A DNA stretch of 61,311 bases, counting the filler, from Sluysia triapertura (taxonomy: Eukaryota), in assembly GCA_046118255.1 (NCBI GenBank). It is 4 parts of 4 records of this genome, joined end to end, with 100 filler letters (N's around TTAATTAATTAA, not from the genome) between each part and the next. Parts side by side here need not be neighbours in the genome. Positions count along the whole stretch, not along the records: positions 33,481 to 46,200 come from JBJNIA010086800.1; positions 46,301 to 61,311 come from JBJNIA010241770.1; 2 more parts are not named here. One strand, written 5' to 3'. The position numbers were made by a program, and so were the translations under genes. Each line of letters opens with the position of its first letter. Positions within the stretch are counted from its first letter, which is position 1. Shown here in pieces: positions 37,480 through 50,960 of the stretch. The notes under the pieces were generated by a model. The model was not told the DNA's origin. It saw nothing but the letters and a program-made list of their open reading frames with translations, and made no database searches.

Positions 37480-40400
37480 TATAAAGGACCAACCTAGAAC
37501 AATGTGGGCTCGGATTGCGTTTTTTGAGAGAGTGCCGAGTTGGAGGAGTTCTTAAAATAGCTTATCATAAAGCATTTTTTTCAAATTCCTTAATATCAAC
37601 AAAATAATGAAAATTCTTTAAAATATTTTAGTTCTACATACAATAAGCAAGTAAGTTGACAAAATATTCTGTACTTTAAAAATCTTTTGTATTCAAAAAT
37701 CCAAAATTTGAATAATTAATGGGAAATTTGATGTTCTTTGTCACCTGAAAGCTTCTCAATATTGGCTGTCAGCCTGTCGATGCCAACAACAAAACATTAT
37801 TCAAATTGCTATTGGTTGATTTTGTTCTCAAATTGTTTTTGGTATATTTCAATTTTGAAAATAAATGCTCACAATGGTAAGTACTTCCAAACAAAAATGT
37901 CATCTTTTTTGCGTGGTTTACTAGGTTAAGATACTTTCCATTAGAATAAATGTATTTTATATAAAAATCAAGCAGAGAAACATCGTCGGAGTGAAATTTT
38001 AATTTCAATAAGTCGTCACATGGCATTTGAAAGCATTCTGATACAGTACACACTTTCACATAAAAAGGATTAGCAAAAGACTTGAATTCATTTTAGAAAG
38101 CAAGCAAAAGTCACTAAAACGATATGAGAACTCATTCTTCCGATCTTTGATCACAATCAAAAATATTTCTGGATTTAGTGGTTTGTATTAATGAAGGGAT
38201 GGAAAATGTGCATAATTTTGATGTTGAAGGTGGTGTAGTTTGCCTTCAAATGCAAGAAGATGACCAAAAATTTCATTTATAAGATGAACTTTACCTTGCA
38301 AGTGTAAATTTAAGTTATTTAAATCACTCGTAATGTCCACAAGAAACGCCAAAGATGTAAGCCAATCAGGATCGCGAAAATGTGATCCACAGATTTGCTT
38401 TAAAGGAAAATTCCAATTTCATTATGCAATTTTAATATTCTTTTGAGCATTGAGCCTCTGCTTAGCCACCAAAAATTGCCTAAATTGGCGATGATTTAAT
38501 CCACGAGACAGGATATATTAACACCTTTCACAACAGTGTCAATTGCATTCTTCAGTTTCAAAGATTTGGCACATAAGGCTCTTGATGAATAATATTATGA
38601 ATTTTCACCAATTTCTGTGGAATTCCAATATTTTCCATGTGTTCCTGTAATAATGCAACAGTCTTTTTCATTTCCCCCAATTTCCGAAGTTCCATCATTT
38701 GTGATGCCAAATAGTTTTGAAATATCTCAGTTCATTTTGGATATCATATTAATCACTACTTTAAAAATGTCTGCTCCTTTAACTGTATCCTTCAAATGAA
38801 TTAATTGAATAAATTCTTCAAAAACATGGAAACTCGAAGTCACTCCTCGCAAGAATACTGTAAGCTGAGCAGTGTCTTTTAAGTCTTTACTCTCATCAAA
38901 TGCAATTAAAAAATATTGAAGTTCGCTGCGGGTGTTTTTAATGTTTTATCTTTAGTTCTTTATTAATTTGCATATAAAACATTATTTTATGATAAGCATT
39001 ATTAAATTAATGAAAACTTAGGCAAAAATTAAAATTACATTTAAAATTAAAAGATTTATAATATTTAAATTCATGAACTATTAAAACATTGATCTTTTTA
39101 AAAGTAGACTTGTGGTCCTTAATCATATAAATCAAACAAAAACACAAAAAGTCCTTATAAATTACACGAATTGGAAAGATAAAAATAACAATGATAAAAT
39201 GACAATCATAGATAAAATAACAAACACCGCTGTTTATTTGATTATGTAAGAAACCACTTCCAACATAGAAAATCAAATTTCAACAACCAGCGATGTTTCC
39301 AGCAATACAGCATATAGGTTTTGATATATTTTCTAAGCGATTTTCATGCACCATGATGAACAACTTAGTTGCCAATTTTTCGATACTGTCAAACGTGTTT
39401 ATACTAATGCTCAATTATTTAAACAAATATAAATAAAATATAAACGTATCATGTTCTATAATTGATACTATGACTATTCCAAAAGCTTGTTTCTTTTATC
39501 TGATTGAGAACATTTTTCAAAATTACTAATATCCAGAATCATTCACAGATTCTAATGATTCATCTCTCTCAACGTCATAATCTATTCTAAATCTATCTAA
39601 AACTCGCATAAGAAAATTTGTAATATTTGAAATTGAAATTTCATTAGATTTCATTGTGAGAAATGTATCATATGCTAAAAACTCCCAATATTTGACTATT
39701 TTGATATAATATAATTTTGTCTGCAATTGCCGGTAATTTTAGCTCTTAATAACGTAAATATATTTTGTTGTAGAATTTTTGTATTGAGTATACTGAAATA
39801 GTGATATGTAGAAAATGTTTTATATGTAAATTATATATGACTTGAATTATGAATTTGTATAAATTTATGTATAATAGCGACAACGAGATTATAGTGCGTG
39901 ATTGAAATACTGCAGCGTTCATTAAACAACTTTTAACATCTGATGACATCTCTTCAATGCGTCTTGTAACATTCCTACAAAATAGACTTATGGAAGAAAA
40001 TAATGAATTTTTCTGGGCAAACAATATCTACCATTGTTTAACGAATTCACCATCCGTAAAAGGTTTCATCTTTGCACGAGTATTAGCTTCACTTCTTTTC
40101 TTCGTAAAATGATATCTGCTTTTCAAACTTTAATTTAAGCTTGATTCTCCAGTGATTTTTTAAAAATTTTCAAAATGGTGGATCATGGAATGGCGCCTGA
40201 TATTTGCCACTTTATTCACAGCAACCTTTTCAAGGCAAATAAAACATGTTGGCTTTCCATTTTTCTCTTTAAAAAGTAATCAAACGTCCAAGTATCTTGA
40301 AAAATTCGACACTCGCCATCTACTTTCTTGATCTTTGAATTCATAGGTTAATTTATATAATGCATTTTAATGAATATTTGAACAATTTTTGTTTATTATA

Positions 40401-40495
40401 TTTATTATCATTATTTAACAAGTGGTCACGGGCCAGTCAAATATCTTCATAAGCCTTTCGAAATCCTTTCGTGGGCTGTAGGTTGCTGAGACCTG
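37480..40495 (-). mobile_element. Degenerate hAT transposon, Buster/Charlie/SPIN (GTF2IRD2-like transposase), interrupted at ~38925-39900
   Basis: The left end CAGGTCTCAGCAACCTACAGCCCACG at 40495 is flanked by gttTAtaa (Buster-type central TA). Peptides: KVDGECRIFQDTW, KPTCFICLEKVAVNKVANIRRH, IAFDESKDLKDTAQLTVFLRG, WLTSLAFLVDITSDLNNLNLHLQGK and FGSTYHCEHLFSKLK. The distal end is uncertain. Confidence 0.9.
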
Positions 40496-41588
40496 GTTTA
40501 TAACGTAAATCGAACCAAGCTTAATCGATCAATGCTTAAGCGTCTGTTACTGTTAATAATATGAATGGATGTTACCGACAAAATTGTCGATATAATAATA
40601 CATAGCAAATAAGGTTTTGTAAAACTCCCACAGTGATTACGTATGATAATTCTGTAGGTTATTATTGGCGATGAAATAACTTCGTGAAAATACCAATTCC
40701 AAATTCAGCTTCATGATTTTCTGAATCCGCAACGCAACTAACAAATCATTTTTTTCAAATCCGGGGTTACCTTCTTTTCATTTTCCGATGTCACTGGGGT
40801 TATTTTCTGATTCAGTGCTATCGTCTGAGGACACCTCTGATTCGTTGTGGATCAGTTCTGAGCAGCATAATATATTAATATTTAGGACTGCCGCGAACTT
40901 GGACAAGAAGAATATTCTTTTCAAGTGAAATTGATTACATCTCGTTACTTAAGGAAGAGTTCGAATAAATGAATATAACTGTTAATGCTGGAAAAGAAAA
41001 AATCATAAGCATCAATATCTATAATCGAAAGTGGGAAATGGAATTCATTTCGAAAAGTTAATTTTGAAACATATCTTTGAATTATTTACTAATTATCAAA
41101 CTGCACCACAATGACAATATTCCGTAATTAAAACATTATGCTCATAGCTTTATGTTAATAGAACTTATCTAGATAATACGAAGATTACATAAATGCTAGT
41201 TGACAACCTAACGCCTATGATAATCGCACAAGGAATATTTCAAAAATATTCATCATTTTTTGGCAGTTTAAAATTCATTTATAAACTTTTCATAATACTC
41301 ATGTCCTTTACAAATTTGTGACCTGGACTATATTCTGTCTAATAAATTTTGATAGAAAGCTTCGAATGCCTAAAGGTAACAGAAACTTAATGAGTTGCAC
41401 TAGCAACATTGATAAGAATTGCTTATTGCGACAAACAAGTTTATAAATCTGAATTTGGTAATGTGTATCTGTTTTTAGCTTTATAAACACAATTATTTAC
41501 TAAGAAAGAGGTCTGATTTAAATTATAAATAAAATATTAGTTTAGTAATGAATAAATTTTGTTAACTTTATCTGGACACACGTTTTTT

Positions 41589-41630
41589 GGTCCGATTAAG
41601 CGGCGGTCTGATTAAGCGGATTCCACTCTA
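41589..41630 (-). mobile_element. Solo pogo/Tigger-like terminal inverted repeat
   Basis: Minus strand reads TA-GAGTGGAATCCGCTTAATCAGACCGCCGCTTAATCGGACC. This is a CAGTGGAA-like end with a duplicated subterminal CCGCTTAATC motif. No partner end was found. Confidence 0.55.
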
Positions 41631-41904
41631 TTTTAATGAAACTTCATTAAACAAATTTAGGTAGATTAAATAGTAATTGTTTGAAATATAAAAACAAATG
41701 AATTCTAATTTATTTATGGATGACTTTATACAACTTTTAGAACATACAAAACATGTTGGGATAACTTGATTTATGTAATCCAAAGAAAAACCATGATATA
41801 AGATAAAGATATAAGAATTAAGAGTAAGATACAAGCTTCATCAGTATTAACTCGTATTATTATCTACAAGTTTAAATTTATCAAACAAAAACGGAATTAA
41901 AACA

Positions 41905-42150
41905 CTAAATAGATTCACCATAAAACATAGTTCATCCGATTCGTACATAAATCCGCTTCTAATATCTTTGTTAGGAAGCTTGAGGTGAAATTCGCTTTTT
42001 GGAGCATCGTGATCTAACAACATTTTAATAACAGCATAGATTTTTTCGTCAGTCTGGATTTGATATTATTATCTCTTGATTTAAGTAAATGAACAGTTGA
42101 TGCATGACCTAGCTGAGAAGCAAAACGTGTTAGCTGCCAGAATCCGTTAA
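41905..42150 (-). pseudogene. Decayed ankyrin-repeat-like fragment
   Basis: Translates to FASQLGHASTVHLLKS and, in another frame, AVIKMLLDHDA, resembling ankyrin A..GH..V..LL and LL..GA motifs. Confidence 0.4.
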
Positions 42151-42399
42151 AAAATTGAATTAACATTAGCATCATAATCTACGAACCAATTTGCTTCATT
42201 GATATCCTTAGTTCGATACTTATGTTCAATATACATGATTGTAATGTATTTTTATTTTATGATTATCGTTCATAATCTATCTTCTCTTTTTTGTTCGCAT
42301 TAAACATTAAATAGAAATTTTCCAATTAATTTTGCATGATGTACTAAAATACTATTAGTCAACCTTTTGAGTGATTGATACTAAATTATTTTTATCGAC

Positions 42400-43502
42400 G
42401 TTTATTGTACTAAAAATTAACTTTTGAATTTGTGACTTGTTACTAATTTTGGTGACTATTATATAATAAGCCAATGAAGGTAACTTCACGCGTTGCCGTA
42501 ATTTAGATAAACTTTTTTAAAATTTTGATTATTATACATAAAATTATTATTATAATACATTATTGTTATCTTGAAAATTTGAAATTATTCACTTGAGTTG
42601 TTATATTCACTGGGATATAACTTATTCAGATATTTGACACAAAACTTTATTTAAAGGATATTTAACGACTCATAAAAGTAATTTCACAATTTAGTTACTG
42701 CCACATGGAATATTTTGATTAAAACTTCAAATATTAACTTGTATGCAAAGCATATTATTCTTGAAAATTAAGCATCAGCATTATCATTGTAATAATCAGA
42801 ATCTAGAGCTAATATAAAAGCTGCACTATCAATTTAAAAAAACTTCTTTATTTCCCAATTTTGCCCAATCGTCTCGATTCATAGTTATTAATATTCTTAA
42901 ACCAGGACTGTTATGACCAGATTCTGAGGCTGGTTGTGATAGAATAAAATTTTTGTTTGACGCAATTTGAGCATGAGAAATTCCTCGATTATTTTCGTAT
43001 AAGATGTCAAAAGAATACATCTGGCCTTTATGAATAGCAAGTATTATGAAATTTTTCAATACCTTTCCAATCAAAGGTATTCTTGTACTATTGAATAAAT
43101 ATTTCAATTGACTTTGATCAAATGGATACACTTTCTTAAAATATGAATAAAAATATCCTAATCGTCTTGGAATTTTGTTAAGCACTTTCCGAAATTTATC
43201 AGTATCTGTATTTGAAGGATTAACATGATATACCATTGGTTCTAATAAATTCATATTTAATGATGTCATATACGGAATAGTACTCCACACTATGTTTGTA
43301 GATCTTGTTAATTGATCTGTTAGATTTTTTTAACTTTTCAATAATAGTCCTGGAATATGAGTTAAAACAACTGGACTTCTATCAGCAATCTGTCTTTGGT
43401 AATGTTTGAACTAAGTTAATTTGAATTTCTAAATAATTTTGTCATATCATAATTTTCTTTTCATTTAGGTTCGATGCTTTTAGCCAGGCTTTCTAATACC
43501 TT
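42400..43502 (-). pseudogene. CPT2: Carnitine O-palmitoyltransferase 2-like decayed copy
   Basis: DRSPVVL..DQLTRSTNIVWS..LLEPMVYHVNPSNTDTDKF..VYPFDQSQLKYLFNSTRIP..NRDDWAKL..DSAAFILALD matches CPT2 (LEPEVFHLNP, AYPLDMSQYFRLFNSTRLP). It carries stops, frameshifts and internal deletions. The 3' limit is approximate. Confidence 0.82.
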
Positions 43503-43864
43503 AATTGAATTTTCGGAAATTTTGTTATTAATTTCACAATTTAATTCTGGAAATTGATGTAACGATGAATTGCTTGGACAAAGCTATTAAAGTTGTGAAA
43601 TAAATTGGAAGTTGTCTTAGTGTTTGTACAAAAGTTTTGTTTATTCAGATGATGAAAAAATTGTTGGTGGCTTATAATATTTAGAATGTGCAATTGTTCA
43701 GTTGGTGATTGAAGTGATGTAATCAATGATATAATGAATGTTGTAAAGAATGTAGAATATGCGATAGAAAAACATCCTATATTATTAAAATTGCTTACTG
43801 ATCGACCTATAAATGAACTGATACAATCACACGATCTTCAACATTCCAAATTATTGTTAGAGAA

Positions 43865-44010
43865 AGAGTTAGATAGGAGGTTAAGAAGTGAAGATGAGTA
43901 ATAGAGTTATAAAAGAAAATTAGTGAAATTGAAGGTGTTTCATGGAAATTTCATTTTATTTTATGGATTTTAAAACATAAATTTAGTAAATTTTGATGTG
44001 ATGAGTAATT
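43865..44010 (-). repeat. Family C dispersed repeat, copy 2, upstream of the CPT2 fragment
   Basis: Homologous to 20200-20340. The C/A skew continues to ~43540. Confidence 0.75.
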
Positions 44011-44623
44011 TAGATGTATAGATATAAATTTTGTGCAATAGTGCTAACCATCACACTGAATATTTCGAGTTTCACAATCTAATTATGCAGATAAAAATTA
44101 GGACGTTATGTTGAAATATTCCAGTTAAATTCAACAATTTAGTAAACTCTTTTGCTCTGTTTTGATTTCTTACTAAACGAAGAATTGAAAGAATTCACTT
44201 TTCATTTTCTGTATGTTTTTTGCAACTTCTTACTATTAAAAAGTTCTAATTCATTTCTGTATAATTTTTGATTAACCTCTTAATGAACAATTTTTTAAAA
44301 ACGACCACACCCGTGTTTATACGTTTCTGCGCGTTAAGGGATTAAAAACGTCCCGTTTTTAGAGCAACTACGCATTGAGACCCAGGTAAAATACGAAATT
44401 TCATTAGGAAATTGAAGTCAACGGTGTTACATAATAACAAATTAAACAGAATCTACGGTACGTGACAATGCGTTTGAAGCCATGGATTGCTCGCGTCATT
44501 GCCGTAAGGATAGAACTAATTATTATTTTCTCAATTTAAAGACGTAGCAATTGTTTTAAGTCACACAACCAAAATATAATATATAAACATATTTAGCGGC
44601 CGAAAATCAAAACTCGACCTATT

Positions 44624-46139
44624 TTATTCATTCGTTGTCGTAATAATGTTATTTTCTTGAAGCATCTTCATCACTGCTTCTCCATACTTCTCCCAACTCG
44701 ATAATTCCGTGGGATGATCAAACATGGATTTAAGAGACTCTTTCATGGACTCCTCCCATGTCGTCTGTGACGGCTGATCTTTCTACACGAAAAGAATAAG
44801 ATTACTCATGCAACATAAGATTTACTTTCTCCGCATGCTCCAAATATTCATAGCAGAACTTTCTTAGTCGACTTTTTTGCCAATCAAATTCGCACCAATC
44901 ATCTTCCGTTATTGCATTTTCCCAATGTTCGAATTTCTAAACACCAAATCGACATCACAGTTCGTACAGAATCACTAACCTTACATTCATTCACTAAGAC
45001 GGTTAATACGTAAACGATGTAATCGTAATTTTGTTGCTTAGTTGGACATCGATCTGCTTTGATAACAATTTCGTTGCTACTCTTGTCAAATTTATCCTCT
45101 CCTAAAAGAGAGATAAGCTTTTGTCGCTCTCTTGAATTTAATTGAAGACAATCCAAGGATAACTGAAAACATAGAATAATCAATTAAATTAATAATTTCA
45201 ATTTGATACAGTTTCGTCACTTGCTCGAATAAACGGAAGAGCAATTGGGCGATTCTGAGACTTGTACAACAATCGAGAATGTTACAAGAATCAATGAATA
45301 CAGCTACAGAGCTTTAATCAAGATATAATAAATAAAGTGCTTAGAGATACGAAATTAAACAGATTAGTTTATAATTTGTGCAATCAATTTCTTCGATTCT
45401 TAAAAATTGAATGTCTCATTTCCAACTATCAACATTTAATTCAACTAACTCTTGCTTTTACAACACGAGCACGAGAATCTCTAATCGAAGGACCGCAGTT
45501 AAAAAAATAACTGTATTCAATTTTCAGTGGAAATAAGTTTTGTTTTATTTCTGTCGTTAAGTTTGACGGCCATGCTGTACAAAATTCTAAAATAAATATA
45601 CGTGAAACTTATTTTTGTCAGAGAAATTCGAAAATTAAACCAAATTAAAAAAATATCCAACTTTTTAAAGCCGCGCAATGTTTCTTGACATGAAGAGGAG
45701 TTAAATGAAGAAAATTCGGAATCTTCATTAATTCTAGATTATCATTTTTATCTGGTGGTTCATTTCTTTGTAAATTCAATCCCTTATCAAATGTTAAATT
45801 ATATAAGAAATATACTTTTCTAAATCCTTGTTTAATTTCTAAAGGAACTATCCTCGAATCAAACGCTCTGGCACAAGGCCAAATATTTGTCCAATCTTGA
45901 TCTAAAGTAATCGTTTTACATATATTTGGAACTGACTGCAAAAGTTATTCATTAACATATTTAACTTACTCGAATTTTATGAAAATTTGGTTTATCATCA
46001 TACTTCCGGTTACCATGACGAGATATTCCGTTCAAATACAAAGGTAAAAATTTTTGACAATCTATTAAAGTAACGTACTCCAAAAAAATCATAACTTACA
46101 ATTTCTGAAATTAACTAATAAACAAGACGTTAAAACCAT
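44624..46139 (-). CDS. MRPS35: Mitochondrial small ribosomal subunit protein mS35, complete 8-exon gene (exons 46139-46100, 46061-45970, 45935-45816, 45782-45662, 45586-45450, 45162-44980, 44936-44826, 44782-44624; 963 nt, 320 aa)
   Basis: Manual splicing at GT..AG gives an open frame containing DQDWTNIWP, NLELMKIPNFLHLTP..VKKHCAALKKFCTAWP, GPSIRDSRARVV and DRCPTKQQNYDYIVYVLTVL. These match recalled MRPS35 motifs (NLELLKIPNFLHLTP, DRCPLRRQNYDY). All exon phases are consistent; introns are 38, 34, 33, 75, 287, 43 and 43 nt. Confidence 0.93.
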
Positions 46140-46200
46140 GCTTAATAATATTTAATATTCCATATAGATCAAAATATAAAAACTGAAAAATAATAAAATC

Positions 46201-46300
46201 NNNNNNNNNNNNNNNNNNNNNNNNNNNNNNNNNNNNNNNNNNNNTTAATTAATTAANNNNNNNNNNNNNNNNNNNNNNNNNNNNNNNNNNNNNNNNNNNN
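46201..46300. other. Artificial contig spacer
   Basis: Same structure as 18812-18911. Confidence 0.97.
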
Positions 46301-49300
46301 ACTTAAAATGAAGCAATAAATTTAATAAAACTCATATATAATTTTTGAAATGTCAACACATTTCCGAACTTTTATGTTAGCGGAAACGTAGAAGTAATTA
46401 TTTGTTAATAATTTAACTTTATTGAATGTAATATAATTTTCTTAAAACGTAAATCTCAAATAGTTCTGTAAATTTTAATTAATAAAAATTAAACAAAAAT
46501 TATTTTCTTCATAAACATCGTAAATGTATATTTATTTAATTATCGTTAAAAAGTAAATTACTTATAAAATATTTATTAAATATTTAATGGATAAAATAGA
46601 TCATTGTAATAAATATAGACTTGAATGAAATTGAATGAAACAAAACACAAAAAATAGTAGCAAATAAAAATCAATTTATTGTTTATTGTTTCTTAAAAAA
46701 AACGGTCTTTGCTAATTAATTATTTATTAATCTTTGTTATATATACAGTTTATTATTGTTACATGTAACAGATGTTTAATTTAATATTAAAATCTTTTGT
46801 TTTACTTTTTGAAAATATAAAGCAAAGTTGTCAATTAAATTGTTTATTGATTTGATTAATTATATTATAATTGTTTCACTAAAACGTTGTGAAAAGGTTT
46901 TGTTTAATGTAAGGAAAATTTTAAAAATTGGAATTTTATAAGAAACAAATGAATTAAGCATTGTGTATAATGATGGGTGTATAAGCGATGCAATGTAACA
47001 ACGTATTGTTGAGTAATTTCATTTATTAATTACTCAATACTTATCAGCTTTATGCATAGATCTAGTTAAAGATAAAGACAAGTCTCTTGAATGTAAATAC
47101 CCTAAAAAAGCAATATCTCTCGGAGTTATGATCAGTACCTCTTAGGTTAGTTTTTATGGAAAATTGACAGGCTACAAGTTCTAAGCAATATGAAACTTTT
47201 GTGGTAAAAATGACAAAATAAAAGTAAAACTAAAAGAAAATTCCGTATTTTTTTCATTTTCAAATCATTATGGAAATATTTGGTTGTTTAGATAACTAAA
47301 TAAGTTTCTTCTGAATTACTGTTTATAGTCAAGAAATTTATCGACTAACAATCGAAAGACATTTATTCCTAGAATTACAAAAAGCTTGGAAGTGATTTCT
47401 CAAATCTTATGTTTGTATTTTTATTATTTCTTTATTAAACTCAGCATGGACATATATCTACTATATTTTGAGTGAATCATTACTCTGAGATAAACAAACG
47501 AATTAAAACAAAAGTTGTCTTAATTTTATAATTCAAAATAAACTTATTAAAGTATTGAGTTCATAATTTTGGCAATATGTAGACAATAAAAATAATATTT
47601 CAAGTAACAAAAACGAGTAGCACATAACAATAAATATCCGGCTAACCGATACTATCGTATTAGAATTAGAAAATAACAATATCAACCGACTATATCGTAT
47701 CAATAATAAAAACATTAAGCATTACAATAAAAAGAATAAAATTTAAAAATAATCATAACAAATAATTTATATTAAAAGAAATATTTTTTTTAAATTTGAA
47801 ATAATCAAAAATAACAGTAAAGAAAAAATCTAATCTCAAAAAATAAATTTAAAAAATTAAATTTATTTACTTTGCAGCAAAGGTCAATTTTAAATAAATA
47901 AAATTAAAAAAAAACTTTTTTAAATAAATTATTATTTTAAGATTATAATTATTTTTAAAAATGTAAAAAATAAGATTTTATAAAGAAAAATTTATTTTAA
48001 TACATTATATAAAGATAATTTCAAATATTGGAATTAAATACTTTGTTTTAATTACACTAGGACACTTTCTTTTGTTTTAAGACGTATAAAAGTGATTTAT
48101 ATTTTTGTTTTTTGATCATCTTTGGTTGAATGTATTTTAATAAATTAGTTATTTCATCTTACATTAATCAATTTCGGTATTTTTATTCAATCATTATTTG
48201 GCATAATAAAGTATTATGATAGATAATTAAATAATTAATTTAATTAACTTTATTTATTTACTCGATTTGTTTCGGTTTTATATTCGCCATTAATTTTTAT
48301 ATGGTTTTCCAAACAATTCAGCATAAAAATACTAAAAGTGACTTACTTAAAAGCCTTTAAGACAACAAAAGAATCTTCTTTATTATTTTATTACACCCTC
48401 TTTCGAGAAGTTTCAAATTATTTTGTATATAAAGGCTTAAAGGCTTTTAATTTGCAATTAAAGGCTTCTTTATTCAAAAATTTATTCTTAAAATACATAA
48501 TATAATAATTTCTACAATGATGTAGATAATATTTTCAAATAATTAAAATTATTATTATTTCATAATAATAATGTATGTAATACAAACAAAAGTGCATTTG
48601 TTATATTTTAGCTGCGTATCTATTTTTATAAATCAATGTGAAATTATATTTAGATAACATTTTACATATGTAATTAGAAAAGATAATGATATAAAAATAT
48701 AATTTTTAATATACTTTAATTATTATTTTCCGCATTATAATATATACAATGCTTTTTTTATTGAAAACATATTAGAATAGCGAAACTCCTACATAGATAT
48801 AATGTTGCAGTTTTGCTACTATTATAAATATATAATTTTAACTATTTAGGAGAAATAATTAAAGATGTTCATATTTAAAATTAATATTAAAAATGAATTT
48901 CTATGGTTTTCTTTGTTATAAACACTCTTTTACACTGATACACTGACTTGAATAAAAGATATAAATCAAAGGAATTTTGGCATTTTTAGTCAAAACCTCA
49001 GTGACTGTTTCTAATTTACATTTAACAATTTATAATCGATTATGCTATAATTGCTCATCCAATACATTATTACTTTCTTTATATAGTAGCTATCATCGAT
49101 CTCTTTACAGAAAATTTATTTCCATAAATCTTCATCATAAAAAAGTTGTTCCATGAAGTCACTATTGAAATTTAATGTAAAATATTTTGTTCAGAAGTTT
49201 AGAAGCAATGCAAAATGTCTTTTAAGCAGTTGTATGATGCTTGTCGACAATTTCTCATAACTGATATTTGATTACTTCTTTCAAAACATCATTGGATAAT

Positions 49301-49469
49301 TTTTCATTATAATAATATTTCGTGTTTTTTTATTTGCCTTTAAGATATGCATTCGGATAATGAAGAAATTTATTCAGAATCCATTTCGCAAATTATATCT
49401 AAATCTTAATTAATTAAAATCACAAATCGGATAAAGCTCGACCAGTGGTAACAAATGGAATAAAATTGA

Positions 49470-49920
49470 GTCTTTATTCAGTATTCGAAATATCGTAAAA
49501 CATTTTAATTAGCTTCTTATACTTAAATACGTTTGTGTAAGACATTTGCATGTCTTCATTATCAGTTGCGCCCATTTTACAATAATCGATAAGACTGCTT
49601 TATCCGCTGCTAATATCTATTTCTCAGTCTGCGTATGTATGGATGAACTTATGTGAACTTCTTATTTATCTGTCCACTTGATCACAAATATATTATCTGT
49701 TGATAGTGCTTGTGTGCAACGTTTTTCACTAATCTTTCAAATTTCGGTAAATTGTTTATATTTTTCTTGACTGTTCCTCAAGCACTTGTTTTTTGTCGAA
49801 TAATAATTCGAAAAGAGAAAGACTTTTATACCAATTGTCGACATGGAAACAGTATCAAATATTTAAGTAAGGTGGCATCAACTCCATAACAATTTATCCA
49901 CTCATTCCAATATCTTGGAT
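49470..49920 (-). mobile_element. piggyBac (PGBD4-like) transposase remnant
   Basis: The broken frame reads IVMELMPPYL..HVDNWYKSL..GTVKKN..IFVIKWTDK.EVHISSSIH..DYCKMGATDNEDMQM, resembling piggyBac DNWY and YN..MG.VD..D motifs. Confidence 0.8.
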
Positions 49921-49954
49921 TCATAAGTATTTAATTTCTTTTCCCATAATAAAT

Positions 49955-50300
49955 ATAGGGAAATCATATCAAAATATCAATACTTCATCACATAAAAACA
50001 TCTCATACATACATATAACATTAAACAAACTACTTGACTCGTTCAAGAAACAAACATAATTATTGTACATAATTGTCATGAACTATAGTTATTGTTATTA
50101 TAAATCCAATCATATTAAAATATATAATGATTATTATGATTATTGTCATATAATATGGTTACCATGATTGTCATATAATAACTTTTGTAATAACATCGCA
50201 ACATCAGCAATACCATTATTTTAAAATATATAATAATTATGTTTTTTTTCTGAATTTGTATATATTTATATATGTGTATATGTCAATCCTGCAATACCGA
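49955..50300 (+). repeat. Family B dispersed repeat, copy 2, between the piggyBac remnant and the KCNQ fragment
   Basis: Same alignment as copy 1. Confidence 0.85.
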
Positions 50301-50445
50301 CAGGATCATCAGAAATGCCTGTCCCGGTAGAAACGTATTCTAGTGATTATAAACTTGGAATTTGAATTTTTAAAAAGTCAGATGACCAAGGTATTAACAA
50401 GCCAACCAGAAAATCAAGTCAATCTACTAGTAGAAAAACAAATAG

Positions 50446-50960
50446 AACTATTAACCACAATTTATATCGGATTCTTGGTACTCGTACGCAGTTCATTTTT
50501 GATTTATTTGGTAGAAAAGGATGAAAAAATAACATGAAATCATTCGCAAATGCTTTATGTTGGGGTATTATTACTCTCTGTACTGTCGGTTATGGTGACA
50601 CGATACCTAAATCCCCACTTGGAAAACTTATTGTCGGATGTTGTTTTTTTTTGCTTTGCCACCTAGTATTCTTGGATCAGGATATGCACTAAAAATGCAA
50701 CAGCATCAACGCCATAAGCACTTAATTCGTCGTCGTATTCCAGCTGCAAATTTAATTCAGACATTATGCCGAGTTTATTCACCTGATCCTAAATTTTCAT
50801 CTCAGACCATCAACATTTGAGAAACATTTACCCACTAATTCCAATGAACCTTCACTGTTCAGTAGCAGTATCAGTGCCGCTGACAAATTAGCACGTTTAT
50901 CATGCTTATCTACAATTAAGAGACGTGAGAAATTAACCAATAGTAGTTTAAATCAACTCC
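50446..50960 (+). pseudogene. KCNQ (Kv7) potassium channel fragment, S5-pore-S6-helix A
   Basis: Across two frameshifts it reads ELLTTIYIGFLVL..LVEKD / SFANALCWGIITLCTVGYGDTIP..GKLI / [34 protein letters not shown]. The TVGYGD filter is at 50582-50599, and FFALPxxILGSG is KCNQ-diagnostic. Confidence 0.9.

Noticed and set aside
37364-38799. Plus-strand ORFs within and next to the hAT element
   Set aside because: Mostly antisense shadows of the transposase remnant; no family recognised for any of them.
44272-44345. Tiny TTAA-flanked piggyBac-like element
   Set aside because: The ends match at only 7 of 10 positions, too weak without other copies.
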